The position numbers and the translations under genes are program-made. The notes beneath the pieces were generated by a model. It was not told where the DNA came from. It ran no database searches and saw nothing but the letters and a program-made list of their open reading frames with translations. Shown in pieces: positions 24,015-36,854 of a stretch of 64,000 nucleotides of DNA (the first letter of the stretch is position 1; each line of letters starts with the position of its first letter). Where the stretch lies: contig NC_052153.1 in the NCBI RefSeq assembly GCF_902713615.1, positions 20,723,323-20,787,322 on the forward strand. The letters are read 5' to 3'. This stretch comes from Scyliorhinus canicula. Lineage: Eukaryota.

Positions 24015-24292
24015 GAACTTAGTATTTGCAGAGCAGAGGGAGGCCACTCAGCCCATCGAGTCAGCACCGACCCTTGGAAAGCCCACCCCACCTAAGCCCA
24101 TCCCTATCCCGATAACCCAGTAACCCCATATAACCTTTTTGGACACTAAGGGCAATTTAGCATGGCCAATCCACTTAACCTGTGCATCTTTGGACCGTGG
24201 GAGGAATCCGGAGCACCCGAAGGAAACACAGGGAGAACGTGCAGACTCTGCACAGAGGGTGACCCGAGCCGGGAATCAAATCTGGGACCCAG
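24015..24292 (-). mobile_element. HE1-type SINE (truncated)
   Basis: SINE core and tail. Confidence 0.8.
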
Positions 24293-25127
24293 GAAAACTT
24301 CCAGATCTGCTGACAGGATCTGTGCTGGAAAGGTTAAACCCTGCCACACTTCTCTAATATCCCTTTTGTAGCCTCTGTATCCTCATGGCGTTTCCCCTAT
24401 CTAACGCGTATTGTCGGCAAAATTGAAAACGTTGCCCCTCATCTAAATCATTGATATAGATTGTCCCTAACTGAGCCCCAAATGCCAATCCTTGCAATCA
24501 TCCACAAGCTTGTCAGCCTGAAAATGATCAATTTATTCCTACTCTCTGTTTCCTGGCCATTAACCAGTCCTCAATCCTTATCAGATATATTGCTCCCAGT
24601 CCCATCAATTTGTGTTTGGTGTCCTCACCTCTTGTGCAATCCCTTATCAAATGCTTTCTGAAAATCCAAACATACTACATCCACTGGTTTCCCTATTGCT
24701 GAACCTTTAAAAACCACTAACAGATCTGTCAAACAGGATTTCCTTTTCACAAATCCAATTTGACTGCTGAATTATACTACACATTTTCAGTGCCAAGTTC
24801 CAATGTCACATATAGTCAGACCTGGCATTTCCCTGCCCCTGATGTCAGATTAAGTGGTCTGCAGTTTCCTGTTTGGCCTGTCCCTCTTATAAAGAGCAGG
24901 GTCACATTTTCAAACTCACAATCATTGAGAAACAATAGAATCTAGAGAACCCTATCGAACTCTAAAATCCTCCCAATCCTAAGGAGTTCCATTCTTTTTG
25001 CCAGAATTTTTACAAGCATCTCCTTTAAATCTTGACTATAGGTCGACCTAGCGTATAATACAACCCCATTTTCCAGCCCCAAATATCATGCTTTTGGGTG
25101 GTGTATAAGTCTGCCATATTCTGTATG

Positions 25128-26458
25128 ATGTGTTGGGTAAAAGATACGATTTATAATCATCTAGATAGGAATAATATGATTAGGGATAGTCAGCATGGTT
25201 TTGTGAAGGGTAGGTCATGCCTCACAAACCTTATCGAGTTCTTTGAGAAGGTGACTGAACAGGTAGACGAGGGTAGAGCAGTTGATGTGGTGTATATGGA
25301 TTTCAGTAAAGCGTTTGATAAGGTTCCCCACGGTCGGCTATTGCAGAAAATACGGAGGCTGGGGATTGAGGGTGATTTAGAGATGTGGATCAGAAATTGG
25401 CTAGTTGAAAGAAGACAGAGAGTGGTAGTTGATGGGAAATATTCAGAATGGAGTTCAGTTACGAGTGGCGTACCACAAGGATCTGTTCTGGGGCCGTTGC
25501 TGTTTGTCATTTTTATAAATGACCTAGAGGAGGGCGCAGAAGGATGGGTGAGTAAATTTGCAGACGACACTAAAGTCGGTGGAGTTGTAGACAGTCCGGA
25601 AGGATGTTGCAAGTTACAGAGGGATATAGATAAGCTGCAGAGCTGGGATGAGAGGTGGCAAATGGAGTTTAATGTGGAGAAGTGTGAGGTGATTCACTTT
25701 GGAAAGAATAACAGGAATGCGGAATATTTGGCTAATGGTAAAATTCTTGGTAGTGTGGATGAGCAGAGGGATCTCGGTGTCCATGTACATAGATCCCTGA
25801 AAGTTGCCACCCAGGTTTATAGGGTTGTGAAGAAGGCCTATGGTGTGTTAGCCTTTATTGGTAGAGGGATTGAGTTCCGGAGCCATGAGGTCATGTTGCA
25901 GTTGTACAAAACTCTAGTACGGCCGCATTTGGAGTATTGCGTACAGTTCTGGTCGCCTCATTATAGGAAGGACGTGGAAGCTTTGGAACGGGTGCAGAGG
26001 AGATTTACCAGGATGTTGCCTGGTGTGGAGGGAAAATCGTATGAGGAAAGGCTGATGGACTTGAGGTTGTTTTCGTTAGAGAGAAGAAGGTTAAGAGGTG
26101 ACTTAATAGAGGCATACAAAATGATCAGAGGGTTAGATAAGGTGGACAGCGAGAGCCTTCTCCCACGGATGGAGGTGGCTAGCACGAGGGGACATAGCCT
26201 TAAATTGAGGGGTAATAGATAGGACAGAGGTCAGAGGTGGGTTTTTTACGCAAAGAGTGGTGAGGCCGTGGAATGCCCTACCTGCAACAGTAGTGAACTC
26301 GACAACATTGAGGGCATTTAAAAATTTATTGGATAAGCATATGGATGATAAGGGCATAGTGTAGGTTAGATGGCCTTTAGTTTTTTTTTCCATGTCGGTG
26401 CAACATCGAGGGCCGAAGGGCCTGTACTGCGCTGTATCGTTCTATGTTCTATGTTCTA
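25128..26458 (+). mobile_element. Young 5'-truncated CR1 LINE (reverse transcriptase)
   Basis: 374-aa ORF with QHGFVKGRSCLTNL, YMDFSKAFDKV, GVPQGSVLGP and KFADD. Frameshift near 26220; (TTCTATG)n tail. Confidence 0.97.
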
Positions 26459-26464
26459 TAACTC

Positions 26465-26556
26465 TTCATTCACCTGAGGAAGGAGCAGTGCTCCGAAAGC
26501 TAGTGATTTCAAATAAACCTGTTGGACTTTAACCTGGTGTTGTGAGACTTCTTACT
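26465..26556 (+). mobile_element. Penelope-like element 3' fragment
   Basis: cctgaggaaggagcagtgctccgaaagctagtg..aataaacctgttggactttaacctgg; family assignment from memory only. Confidence 0.4.
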
Positions 26557-28404
26557 CTTTTTAACTTTACTGCAGTGAGAGTAAAACTACTTGACTTCAG
26601 GACACGGCTTAATTCAGATCAGAATTTAACCATTTTCCCAAAATGCCTGGTGCCTTAGCTCCACCCGTCAATGGCATCACCTTACCAATTTGAAATCTAA
26701 TTAACTCCACAGGAAATCTCCTTGATCAAAACAAAATTTCATTAGCCCAAACTTTTTACGATGGTTTAATTGTACCCCTGGCTCCCAATCTTTCAAACCA
26801 AGGTTCTTTGAAAACATGACTCAGCAGTCACACACACGTACTAACCCAGGCTTTTAAATCTCACTTACCCAAAACATCTATAATACAATATATCTGGAAT
26901 TCCCACATTCATCACAGCCCCTAAAAACTACACAATTGGCTGAAATAGCACAAACGATAAAGCTGTTTACATATGGAAATGATCCAGAGGATTTCTTTCA
27001 AAGGGTGAACCAGTCTGTCTGTGATAACTGCTACTCCATTCCCCCAGAACACAGGAGGTGGAACACTTCAGGAAATGGTAGAAGCCATGAGAAATGCAGT
27101 AGGATCAAACAGCGGTGATCCTGAATAAAAATTTTAATAATTGCATGCAGAGAAAGGGAGAGGACCCGGCCTCATTTGCGCACCAACTCTGGGTACATTT
27201 TAATAAGGTTTTTACTCTGGGATTGGACAAGCACAACTAGTAGCTCCTCACTTGGGTAATCTGGTGGGCCACTCTACGGAACAGGGAAAGAAAAGATGTG
27301 ACCATTTTCATCCCTCAGATGCCGCCCACACTGAGGCATGGGTCCTGAGACACTTGGTTATAGCAGGGGAATAGGAGACCTGCAGAAAGCCTGCCTGTAA
27401 ACAGCAAGGCGGAATGAATTTGGTGCATGGACAAACTGGGGAACCGGCTTGGAAAACTGAAGGGGGAGATAGAGGACTCCGCGGAATGGAGCGCCATCGC
27501 ATTCAGCCTGGCCCTCGTCCCCATTCTCAGGGAGGAAGGGATTCACAGGTCAACAGCCAGCAGTCGCCCGGGGCGTTTCTCAAGAAATTGTGATGTCCCC
27601 AGGAGGCTGTACACCCACAGTTCCTCTCTGGGACAGACTGATTGCCCCCAAATTGCAGGTCCATCCTGCAGAATTAGAGTACACCCCATGAATCTTATTT
27701 TAGAAGATGGTGCCCGGGATTCTCTGTTTCTGAGACTGAGTGTTGACGCCAGCGCAGGATTCGTGGACATCCACAATAGCAAAACTAGCATCGCACCTGG
27801 ACTGATTCAGCGACTGTATAGGAGCGAGCACCAGCGCTACGTGGGACACAATCAATTCCAATTACTGTACCCGCGTTCCAGACCGTGATTTTGGTGTCGG
27901 AACCTATTCTCCGCCCAATCGTATTTCCCGATTTCGGCGTTGGCCGACGGAGAATCCCGCCCAATAGATTTTGCAATTGGAGATTTGCAATATTTGCATT
28001 CGCATTCGGTTTACACGCCAGAGCCGAACATACCTTGAGATCCAATTTAACGTCAGTTAAAATTGCCCTTTGATCCAGCAAATTGCTGTATATGGAGAAT
28101 GGGTGGAGAAAACAGGGACCCCATTCCTACGGGAATCAATCAGGAAAAAATTTGCCCTGTTGGGGAATTGTGGAACGGAACATCTGATATATCGGGCAAC
28201 AAAGCCGGTCAGTGTATCATTCGCCAAAACCAGTTGACCTTTGTCAGTCACAAACATGACTGGGCTTGTAAGAAGGGTGAAGTTAGTGTTGAGGGACCAG
28301 ACCCTAAAACAGGAGCAGAACAAGGTGTTGCCAGAGTGATTGATAATTTGTTTGATATTGGGGTTCTTTGACCACTCGCATGACCAGTAACTCTCCGATT
28401 TGTC

Positions 28405-28624
28405 GGCAGCACGGTGGCGCAGTGGGTAGCACTGCTGCCTCACGGCGCTGAGGTCCCAGGTTCGATCCTGGCTCTGGGTCACTGTCCGTGTGGAGTTTGC
28501 ACATTCTCCCCGTGTTTGCGTGGGTTTCGCCCCCACAACCCGAAGATGTGCAGGGTAGGTGGATTGGCCTCGCTAAATTGCTCCTTAATTGGAAAAAAAA
28601 TTGGGTACTCTAAAAAAAATTTTA
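28405..28624 (+). mobile_element. HE1-type SINE with 16-bp TSD
   Basis: TSD aactctccgatttgtc at 28389-28404 and 28625-28640. Confidence 0.93.
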
Positions 28625-29707
28625 AACTCTCCGATTTGTCCAGTTAAAAAGGCAGATGGGCCATTGTGCCTTCCAATTAATTCCAGGGAATTAAATAAAT
28701 CTGCTCTTTTTTTTACACCAATGTTAACTACTAGTCCCGAAACGATGATGATACAGGTCCCCGATCCTGGATATTAGCCAGGCATTTTTGCCTATTCCTT
28801 TAACCCACGATTATCAGTGCAAATTCGCTTTTGCTTTCTAGGGGCATCCCCCAGGGACCTGCCTCCCGCAGGGTTTCCATAATTCACCCTCACCTTATCA
28901 TCAGCGTTTGGCTAATGGCCTCAGATCGTTCTCAGAGCCTGGATGTCTGATACGGTACGTGGATGACCTGTTGTTACAAACTGAAACTGCTGAGGAACAT
29001 CTTAAATTGTTAGATGACTGATTGAAACTTTTGACCTCTCTTGGGTTAAAAGCAAATCCGAAAAAAGGCACAAAAAATTAAAAGTCAGGTTGCATACTTG
29101 GGCACTGTGATTAAAGGTGGAAAGAAAGCAATCGATCAGCACAGAGTCGATGCTATTTTAAAACTACCACTCCCTACGAACGTGAGCTCTCGGAGATCCC
29201 TTTTTAGGATTTTTGGTAGGTTGCTGTCAAAATCACGTCTCCAGGTTCGCCACAAAGGCGGCACCATTGCCCAAACCCTTGAGGGAACATAGTGAGTGAC
29301 AATGGATACCCGAGCACACACAGGGAGTCAGCAGCTCAAGCAAGCTCTTGCACAGGCACCAACCAGACAGATTTCCGACCCAGAATCTCCCTTTATGCTG
29401 GAATTCGCAGCAACTACCTCGATAATCTCTGCCGTGCTGTTACAGGAAAGACACGGGAGACTTCTGCCTGTCGCCTCTGCTTCATTTGATGTCCGGCAAT
29501 TAACTTCAGTGGAACAGGTTTTCTCTGTGTGAGCACCGGCTTTTGGCAGTATTTTGGGCTGTCCAGTATTTAAAGGTTAAAGTATTAAAGGTTAAAATCC
29601 ACTCACTATCCTGACAGAGCAGACTCCTATCCAACTTTTATTTGATGTAGGTATAAAAGATGGTATAGTTAGCCACAACCGGATTGACCAGTGTACTCTG
29701 TTGCTCC

Positions 29708-30442
29708 ACAGAATCACGGAATAAAACAGCACAGAAGAGGCCATTCAGCCCATCATGTCTGCGGCAATACATGAAACACACCTGACCTGCCTACCTAATC
29801 CCATTTGCCAGTACTGGCCCATAACCTTGAATGTTATGACGTGCCAAGTACTCATCCAGGTACTTTTTAAAAGGATGTGAGGCAACCCACATTTCCCAGG
29901 AAATGCATTCCAGACCGTCATCACCCTCTGGGTAAAAAAGGTTTTCCTCAAATCCCCCCTAAACCTCCTGTCCCTCACCTTGAACTTGTGTCTCCCCGTG
30001 ACTGATCCTTCAACACAGGGGAACAGCTGCTCCCTATCCACTCTGTGCATATCCCTCATAATTGTCCACCTCAATCAGGTCACCCCGGTCACCCCTCAGT
30101 CTTCTCTCCTCCAGCGAAAATAGCCAAACCTATTCCAACCTCACTTTGTAACTTAAATGTTCCATCCCAGGCAACATGCTGGTGAATCCCCTCTGCACCC
30201 CCTCCAGTGCAATCACATCCTTCCTATAATGTGGCGACCAGAATTGCACACAATGCTCCAGCTGTGGCCTCACCAAAGTTCAGAACAACGCCAACATGAC
30301 CTCCCTGCTTTTGTAATCTATGCCTCGATTGATAAATGTTCCATATGCCTTTTTCACCACCCTATTAACCTGCCCTCTCGCCTTTAGAGATATATGGACA
30401 AACACGCCAAGGTCCCTTTGTCCCTTGGCCTTCCCAGTATCG
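29708..30442 (-). mobile_element. CR1 LINE 3' fragment
   Basis: CR1 ORF2 C-terminal motifs (QRDLGVFVH, VVKKAYG, FFTQRV). Confidence 0.9.
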
Positions 30443-32319
30443 TGAATCCAGGATCGGGATATCTCAGTCAAATGAATTCACACAAAGCCACTCTCAGCGG
30501 ACAACAGAGTTTACCACGGGATCACACATGAATGTACTCCTTACGCAGCACGTGTGCCCAAGGGCTCATTTGTGGCAAAACTAAAGAGGGGAGTTAGAGA
30601 GAGGCCAATTGGGCCGAAAATTTAAATTTTCATAGCTGGATCTTCCATGCTGGAGGGTGGTACTAGAAAAACGACACAGATCACGCAGGCAAACCTGTGA
30701 TAGAATTGCATTGTAGCTGTGCTCGACAATGAGCACGCAAGAAGCTGAACTAACAGCTGTAGCCTATGCGGTCAGCTTCCAAGGGGATCTTCCGCCAACA
30801 GCTACTAACTGTTCACACAGTACGTATGTGTGCAGCAGCCTAACAGATTTCCTGCCTTTACGGGCAGCACAGGGATTCATTCAGCAGACGGTAAGACCCT
30901 GCCATCTGCCCCATTGCTGAAATTGATTCTGGGAAAAGCTGAAGGCTGCCAGTATGAAATAATTAAAGGTAAAGCCCGCCCCAAAGAGTCCCCAAAGGGA
31001 AACAGAATGGCAGATGCATTGGCAAAGGAAGGAGCTCGAGAGGGAATCCCCTGGACTCCACAAACTGCAAATGAGCTGGAAAGAAATACCGAGCCCGTCT
31101 ACGCAATAACGGTTAATCAGACGCAAGCCAGTAACTTAACTGAAGCTCAGAAAGGGGACGACGATTTAAACCAGTTGGCTGCAGTAATCACACATGGAAA
31201 GAAAAGATTCAGGTTGATAAACCTGTACTCGGGCGGCACGGTGGTGCTGTGTTTAGCACTGCTGCCCTACGGCACTGAGAACCCGGGTTCGATCCCGGCC
31301 CCGGGTCACTGTGGAGTTTGCACATTCTTCCCATTTCTGTGTGGGCCTCACCCCCACAACCCAAAGATGAGCTGGTTAGGTGGATTGGCCGCGCTAAATT
31401 GCCCCTTGATTGGAAAAAAAGAATTGGATATGCTAAATTTAAAAGAAAGAGAAAGCTGCAGTCCCCACGCAGGATCAGGACCAAACCAGATACCAGTCCC
31501 ATGGTTTACAGGGACACCAGGAATTGAAAACACATTTGAAAGAATATGGAGGTATGTTGGGGCCACAAAGTGAAAATGATGCAAAGCACTATGTAGAAAA
31601 TTGTCTAATTTGTGCTCAAAACGATCCAGACCACTATGCTCATAAAGCAGCCCTCAGACTCACACAACTGGGAGATGATTCATGACTAATCTGAAATTGA
31701 TTATGTGGGTCCTCTGCCAGAGTGCAAGGGGTGGGGGGGGGGGGGGGGGGGGGGATGTCATTGCCACCACGACATGATTGATGGTGTGGAAGAACCCATC
31801 TTTCCTATGTTGCTTACCCCACCAGTTACACCCCAAATGAGGTAACCCCAGCACAGCTACCCCTATTGTGAAAGCGTCACCTAAATCAGGAAGGGGTACC
31901 CCAGGGAGCTCCTTGAAGGGTAACGTCTCGTACCTGTCCAATATAGCACACCTTTGCTTTTTCAAAGGAGAGGACCACATGGTTCCAGACAAACGCGCAG
32001 ATAAAAACAATATTGAATAAACAGAAAAATGAATAAAATGTAAAGATCAGACAGGTATTATGAGCCACAAGATAGATAATGGTTTGAAAAATCATGATCG
32101 TAAAGCGTGGTGATTTTCTGGACTGATGAAGTAACCGCATCATCAGCGATACCCATCAATAGGAGTCACCTTGAGGCATTTGGAAATCACAAGATATTAA
32201 ACCGGGAAATACCGGAAGGTGGAGACAATCCATGCATTGGACCATTCCCGATGCTGTATATAAAAGTTGAAGGACCGGTGGAGTTTATACTGACATAAAT
32301 TACTTCACAAAATTGGATG

Positions 32320-33815
32320 CATCCCAAGTATTTTGGCAAATCCAAGTTGAGGAATCCAGCAGAAGGCTCTGCATCTTCAACATGTCTTTTAGCAGGTTCT
32401 GCTGCAACCGAATGCAATTTGGCATCATCTCAGCATCAGAGATTTTCCATTGAATCATGGAACAGATGATTGAGGGAATAGAAGGGGTTCGTGTCTACGT
32501 TGACAATATCATAATCTGGGCCACAACCCCAGAGGAACATGTGTCACGACTCAAGAAAGTATCCGACGCATACATGAACATGGCCTCAAGCTAAATAGGT
32601 CCAAGTGCTGTTTTGGGACATCCACGCTGAAGTTCCTGGGCGATCAGATTTTGCGACATGTTGTGCGCCTGGACACAGACAAAATTAAAGTCATCGAGGC
32701 AATGAAAGTCCCCGAGGACAAGAAGGCAGTACTGCGCTTCCTGGGAATGGTCAATTTCCTTGGCAAGTTCATCCTGAATTTGGCCACGCACACCACGGCC
32801 CTACACAACCTGGTAAAAAAATCAACCGCCTTTGAGTGGAACATGGAGCACCGAACAATGTGGCTGGAGCTGAAAGCCAAGCTCACCACTGGACCCGTCC
32901 TTACATTATTTGACGCAGACCGAGAGTCCAAGATATCCACAGATGTGAGTCAGGATGGCATTGGGGCGGTGTTGCTTCAAAGAGACGACACGTCATCCTG
33001 GGTACCGGTAGCATACGCGTCACGGGCAATGACACCCATTGAGACCAGATATGCGCAGATTGTGAAGGAGTGTATAGGTCTTCTCACCGGCATCCTCAAA
33101 TTTCATGATTATGTCTACGGCTTGCCAACATTTTCTTTTGCGACGGATCATAATCCTCTGGTCCACGTCATCCAAAAGGACCTGAACAACATGACTTGTT
33201 TGCAGAGAATTCTGCTCAAACTCCAGAGGTATGATTTCAATTTGGTGTACACACCTAGCAAGGAACTCATCATCGCCAATGCATTGTCCCGGCTCCGTCA
33301 CCTCACCCAGTGAACCACTGGAGATCATCCAGCACAGGTACAACTGTGTGCAAGCACTCTCCCGACAACAGATGAGAAGATCGTTCTCATCTGAGAAGAG
33401 GCGGCCAAAGACCCCCTGTTGCAGCGAGTCATCCACAACCTCAGCAATGGCTGGCAGAAAGGGCAATGCCCTCAATTCTATAACGTCAAGGACAACCTGA
33501 CGCTAATCGATGGCATCCTGCTCAAGCTGGACAGGATAGTCATCCCGCTACGTCTCCAGAGCATGGTACTGCGGCAGATTCATGAGGGACTCCTGGGCGT
33601 AGAAAAGTGCAGATGCAGGGCCCGGCAACAACCAGGACATCACGGACATTGTCCTGAACTGCGAAACCTGTCAGAGGTTCTAACCAACGCAGATCACGGA
33701 GACGCTCCAACCACATGACCTAGAGACCTCTCTGTGGTCCAAGGTTGGCATTGACCTATTCCACGCGAATGGTCGCGACTATATCTTAATCATCGATTAC
33801 TTTTCTAACTATCCT
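32320..33815 (+). mobile_element. Gypsy pol fragment (RT, RNase H, integrase)
   Basis: LRFLGMVNFLGKFI, TDVSQDGIGAVLLQ, VAYASRAM, TDHNPL and IDLFH..LIIDYFS. Confidence 0.92.
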
Positions 33816-34569
33816 CTTAAGGCAAACTTTATTTTCTCAAGACTGAGAAACCCAGCCATGTCACTAACCCAGGTCTCTACACTCGGGGGCTTTGAGTCCC
33901 TCCACATCTCCAGGCTACCAGGGAGGCAAAGACCAGGGCGTTGGCCTCTTTCCACTCCCATGCCGACTCCTCGCCCACTACCCACTTCCTGATCATGGCT
34001 ATATTAGCCGCCCAGTAGTAATTGCAGAAGTTCGGCAGCACCAACCTACCCTTACCCCCGACTGCGCTCCAGCAACACTTTCTTCACTCGCGGGGTTTTA
34101 CCCGCCCATACAAAGCCCAAAATAATCTTATTCACCCGCTTGAAAAAGGCCTTCGGGATGAAGATGGGGAGGCACTGAAATAGAAACAGAAATCTGGGGA
34201 GGACCATCATTTTCACAGTCTGTACCCTCCCGCCAGTGGTAGTGGGAGCATGTCCCATCTCTTAAAGTCCCCTTCCATTTGTTCTACCAACCGGGATAGG
34301 TTTAACATGTGCAGTACCTCCAATTTCCGGGCCACTTGGATTCCCAGATAACGAAAGCTCTTCCCTACCATTCTAAGCAGCAGCTCTCCCAGTCTCTTTT
34401 CCTGCCCTCTTGCCTGGATTGCAAACATCTCACTTTTCCCAATGTTCAATTTATACCCCACAAAATTGCAAAATTCCCCAAGATTCGCATTACTTCCCCC
34501 ATCCCCTTCAACGGGTCCGAAATGTACAAGAGCAGGTCATCTGCGTAGACCGAGACCCGGTCTCCCCCT

Positions 34570-34601
<32 letters not shown>

Positions 34602-36850
34602 CCACCCCAAACCAGCCCTTTCCAGTTCCTAGAGGCTCTTAACGCCATGGCTAATGGCTCTATGGCCAGAGCAAGCAGTAACGGGGATTGGGGGCACCCT
34701 TGCCTCGTCCCTCGGTGTAGTTCAAAATACCTCGACCTCAGCCGGTTCGTACGCACACTCACTACTGGTGCCTGATAGAGCAACCACACACAGTCAATAA
34801 AGCCGTCACCAAAGCCAAACCTTCCCAGTGCCTCCCACAGGTAATTCCACTCCACCCGATCAAAAGCCTTCTCCACATCCATCGCTACCACAACCTCCGC
34901 CTCCTCTCCTTCTGAGGGCATCATATTAGCATTTAGAAGCGTTCAAACATTGGCCTTGAGTTGCCTGCCCTGAACAAATCCCGTCTGGTCTTCCGCTATC
35001 ATCCCCGGGACACAGTCCTCTATCCTTGTGGCCAGTATCTTAGCCAGCAGTTTGGCATCCACATTCAGTAGAGAAATCGGCCTGTATGACCCGCATTTCT
35101 CCGGATCCTTCTCTCCTTTCAAGATCAATGGAATTGAAGCCTGCGACATTGTTGGAGGGAGGACTCCCTTCTCTCTTGCTTTGTTAAATGTCCTCACCAG
35201 CAGTGGGCTCAATATCTCTGAAAAAGTCTTACAGAATTCCACCGGGTAGCCGTCAGGGCCCCGGGGCCTTGCCTGACTGCATGCCCTCCAGCCCCTTGAT
35301 TATTTCCTCAATCTTAATTGGGGCTTCCAGCCCCTCCACCAGATCCTCAACTGATCCAAAAATTGCCTCATCCCCTCCATCCCAGCCGGGGATTCCGACT
35401 CATATAATTTACTATAAAAGTCCTTAAACACCTCATTCACCCCCGCTGGGTCCAGGACAGTATTACCGTTTCGACTCTTTACTTTATCTATCGGCCTGGC
35501 CGCCTCTCTTTTCCTGAGCTGGTGTGCCAACATTCTGCTTGTCTTTTCCCCGTACTCATAGATCACCCCGTTGTCTTCCTCAACTGTTCCACTGCTTTCC
35601 CTGTGGTCAACAGCCCCAACTCCACCTGTAATCTCCGCCGCTCCCTCAGTAGTTCCGCATTCAGGGCCTCCGAGTATCACCTGTCCGCCTGGAGTATCTC
35701 CTCCACTAACCTATCCCTCTCAGCCCGTTCCACCTTTTCTCTGTAGGCCCGTATCGAGATTAATTCCCCTCTGACTACTGCCTTCAAAGCTTCCCAGACC
35801 GTCGCTTCAGAGACCTCCCCCTAACATTTGTTTCCAGGTAGTTCTGGATGGACTTGTTAACCCGCCCACAGACCGCCTCGTCCACTAGCAACCCCACATC
35901 CAGTCTCCACAGCGGGCGTTGCCCTCTCTCCATACTAACCCGTAGTTCCACCCAGTGCGGGGCATGATCCGACACTGCAATTGCCGAGTACTCAGTATCC
36001 ACCACCCATGCTGACTAGCCATCACCCTTTTTAGGCCAGCCTCGAGCTCGCGCCCACCACTTCCTTGAGTCCCCACTCGGACTGTCGCCTTTCCCAACCT
36101 CCCATTTGTCCCCTAGTAACAGTTCCTCCCCGTCAGCAAAGCACCACTCCCCCCCCCCCCCCCCCTCACTCCTAGCAACAACACTAAAAACCCAATCCCC
36201 CAAGTCAAGCTCTATCTTAACACCTGTCCACCCCCGAACTTCACCCCCTAAAGAGGGTCATTTTTGCCCGATTGAACCCAGCTCGCCTCTTGGCCAAATC
36301 CGCTCCCAGGTCTTAATAAATGTGCAACTCACAGTTCTCCCACTTGCTGCTCCATTCTTTCTTGGCCCACCGCAAAACGTGTTCCTTGTCCATGAAATAG
36401 TGAAAACGTACCACCATGGCCCTCGGCGGTTCGTTTGCTCTGGGCCTCCTCGCGAGGGATCTTTGCGTTCTGTCCAATTCCAGGGGCTGAGGGTACGCCC
36501 CAGCCCCCATCAATTTCTTCGTGTTTTTCTTCAGCTTGGCGAAGCAATCCTCGGAAAACTTCACCAGCTGATCCGTCGACCACTGTGCCAGCTCCCCGCG
36601 GCCCTGCTGCCCCGCCATGCTGTCCCGTGTTACCACCTCTGCTTGCGTCTCCCTTATAAGACTTTGTTGTCTCACACGGCCACTTATGGTCCAATTCTCC
36701 ATACACCGGAGGGGGATTTCTCCTTACTGTCTCACTCTTCACTGCTTTACCCTATAAAATCCAAAAAGAAAACAGGGGAACAAGGTCCAAAAGTCCGTTA
36801 CAGGCGGGAGCTATCAAATGTGCGACCTACCCCTCCATGGCTGCCACCGG
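33816..36850 (-). mobile_element. Degenerate L1/Tx1-clade LINE (ORF1 remnant + ORF2)
   Basis: SYRPISLLNVDAKLLAKILA, DVEKAFDRVEW, GTRQGCP.SPLL, SDHAP; ORF1 PPRAMVVRFH. Confidence 0.92.
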
Positions 36851-36854
36851 AAGT

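Larger units (their letters stand above)
26900..31720 (+). mobile_element. Degenerate endogenous retrovirus-like gag-pol, interrupted by MITE, SINE and CR1 insertions
   Basis: NSPICPVKKADG, CLPQGFHNSP, YVDDLLL (28956-28976), tether region ISAVLLQERHGRLLPVASAS, RNase H QEAELTAV..KGNRMADALAKEGA and integrase zinc-finger remnant C-x2-C near 31600. Confidence 0.85.

Noticed and set aside
25098-26222. 374-aa ORF as a host gene
   Set aside because: It is the reverse transcriptase of a 5'-truncated CR1 LINE.
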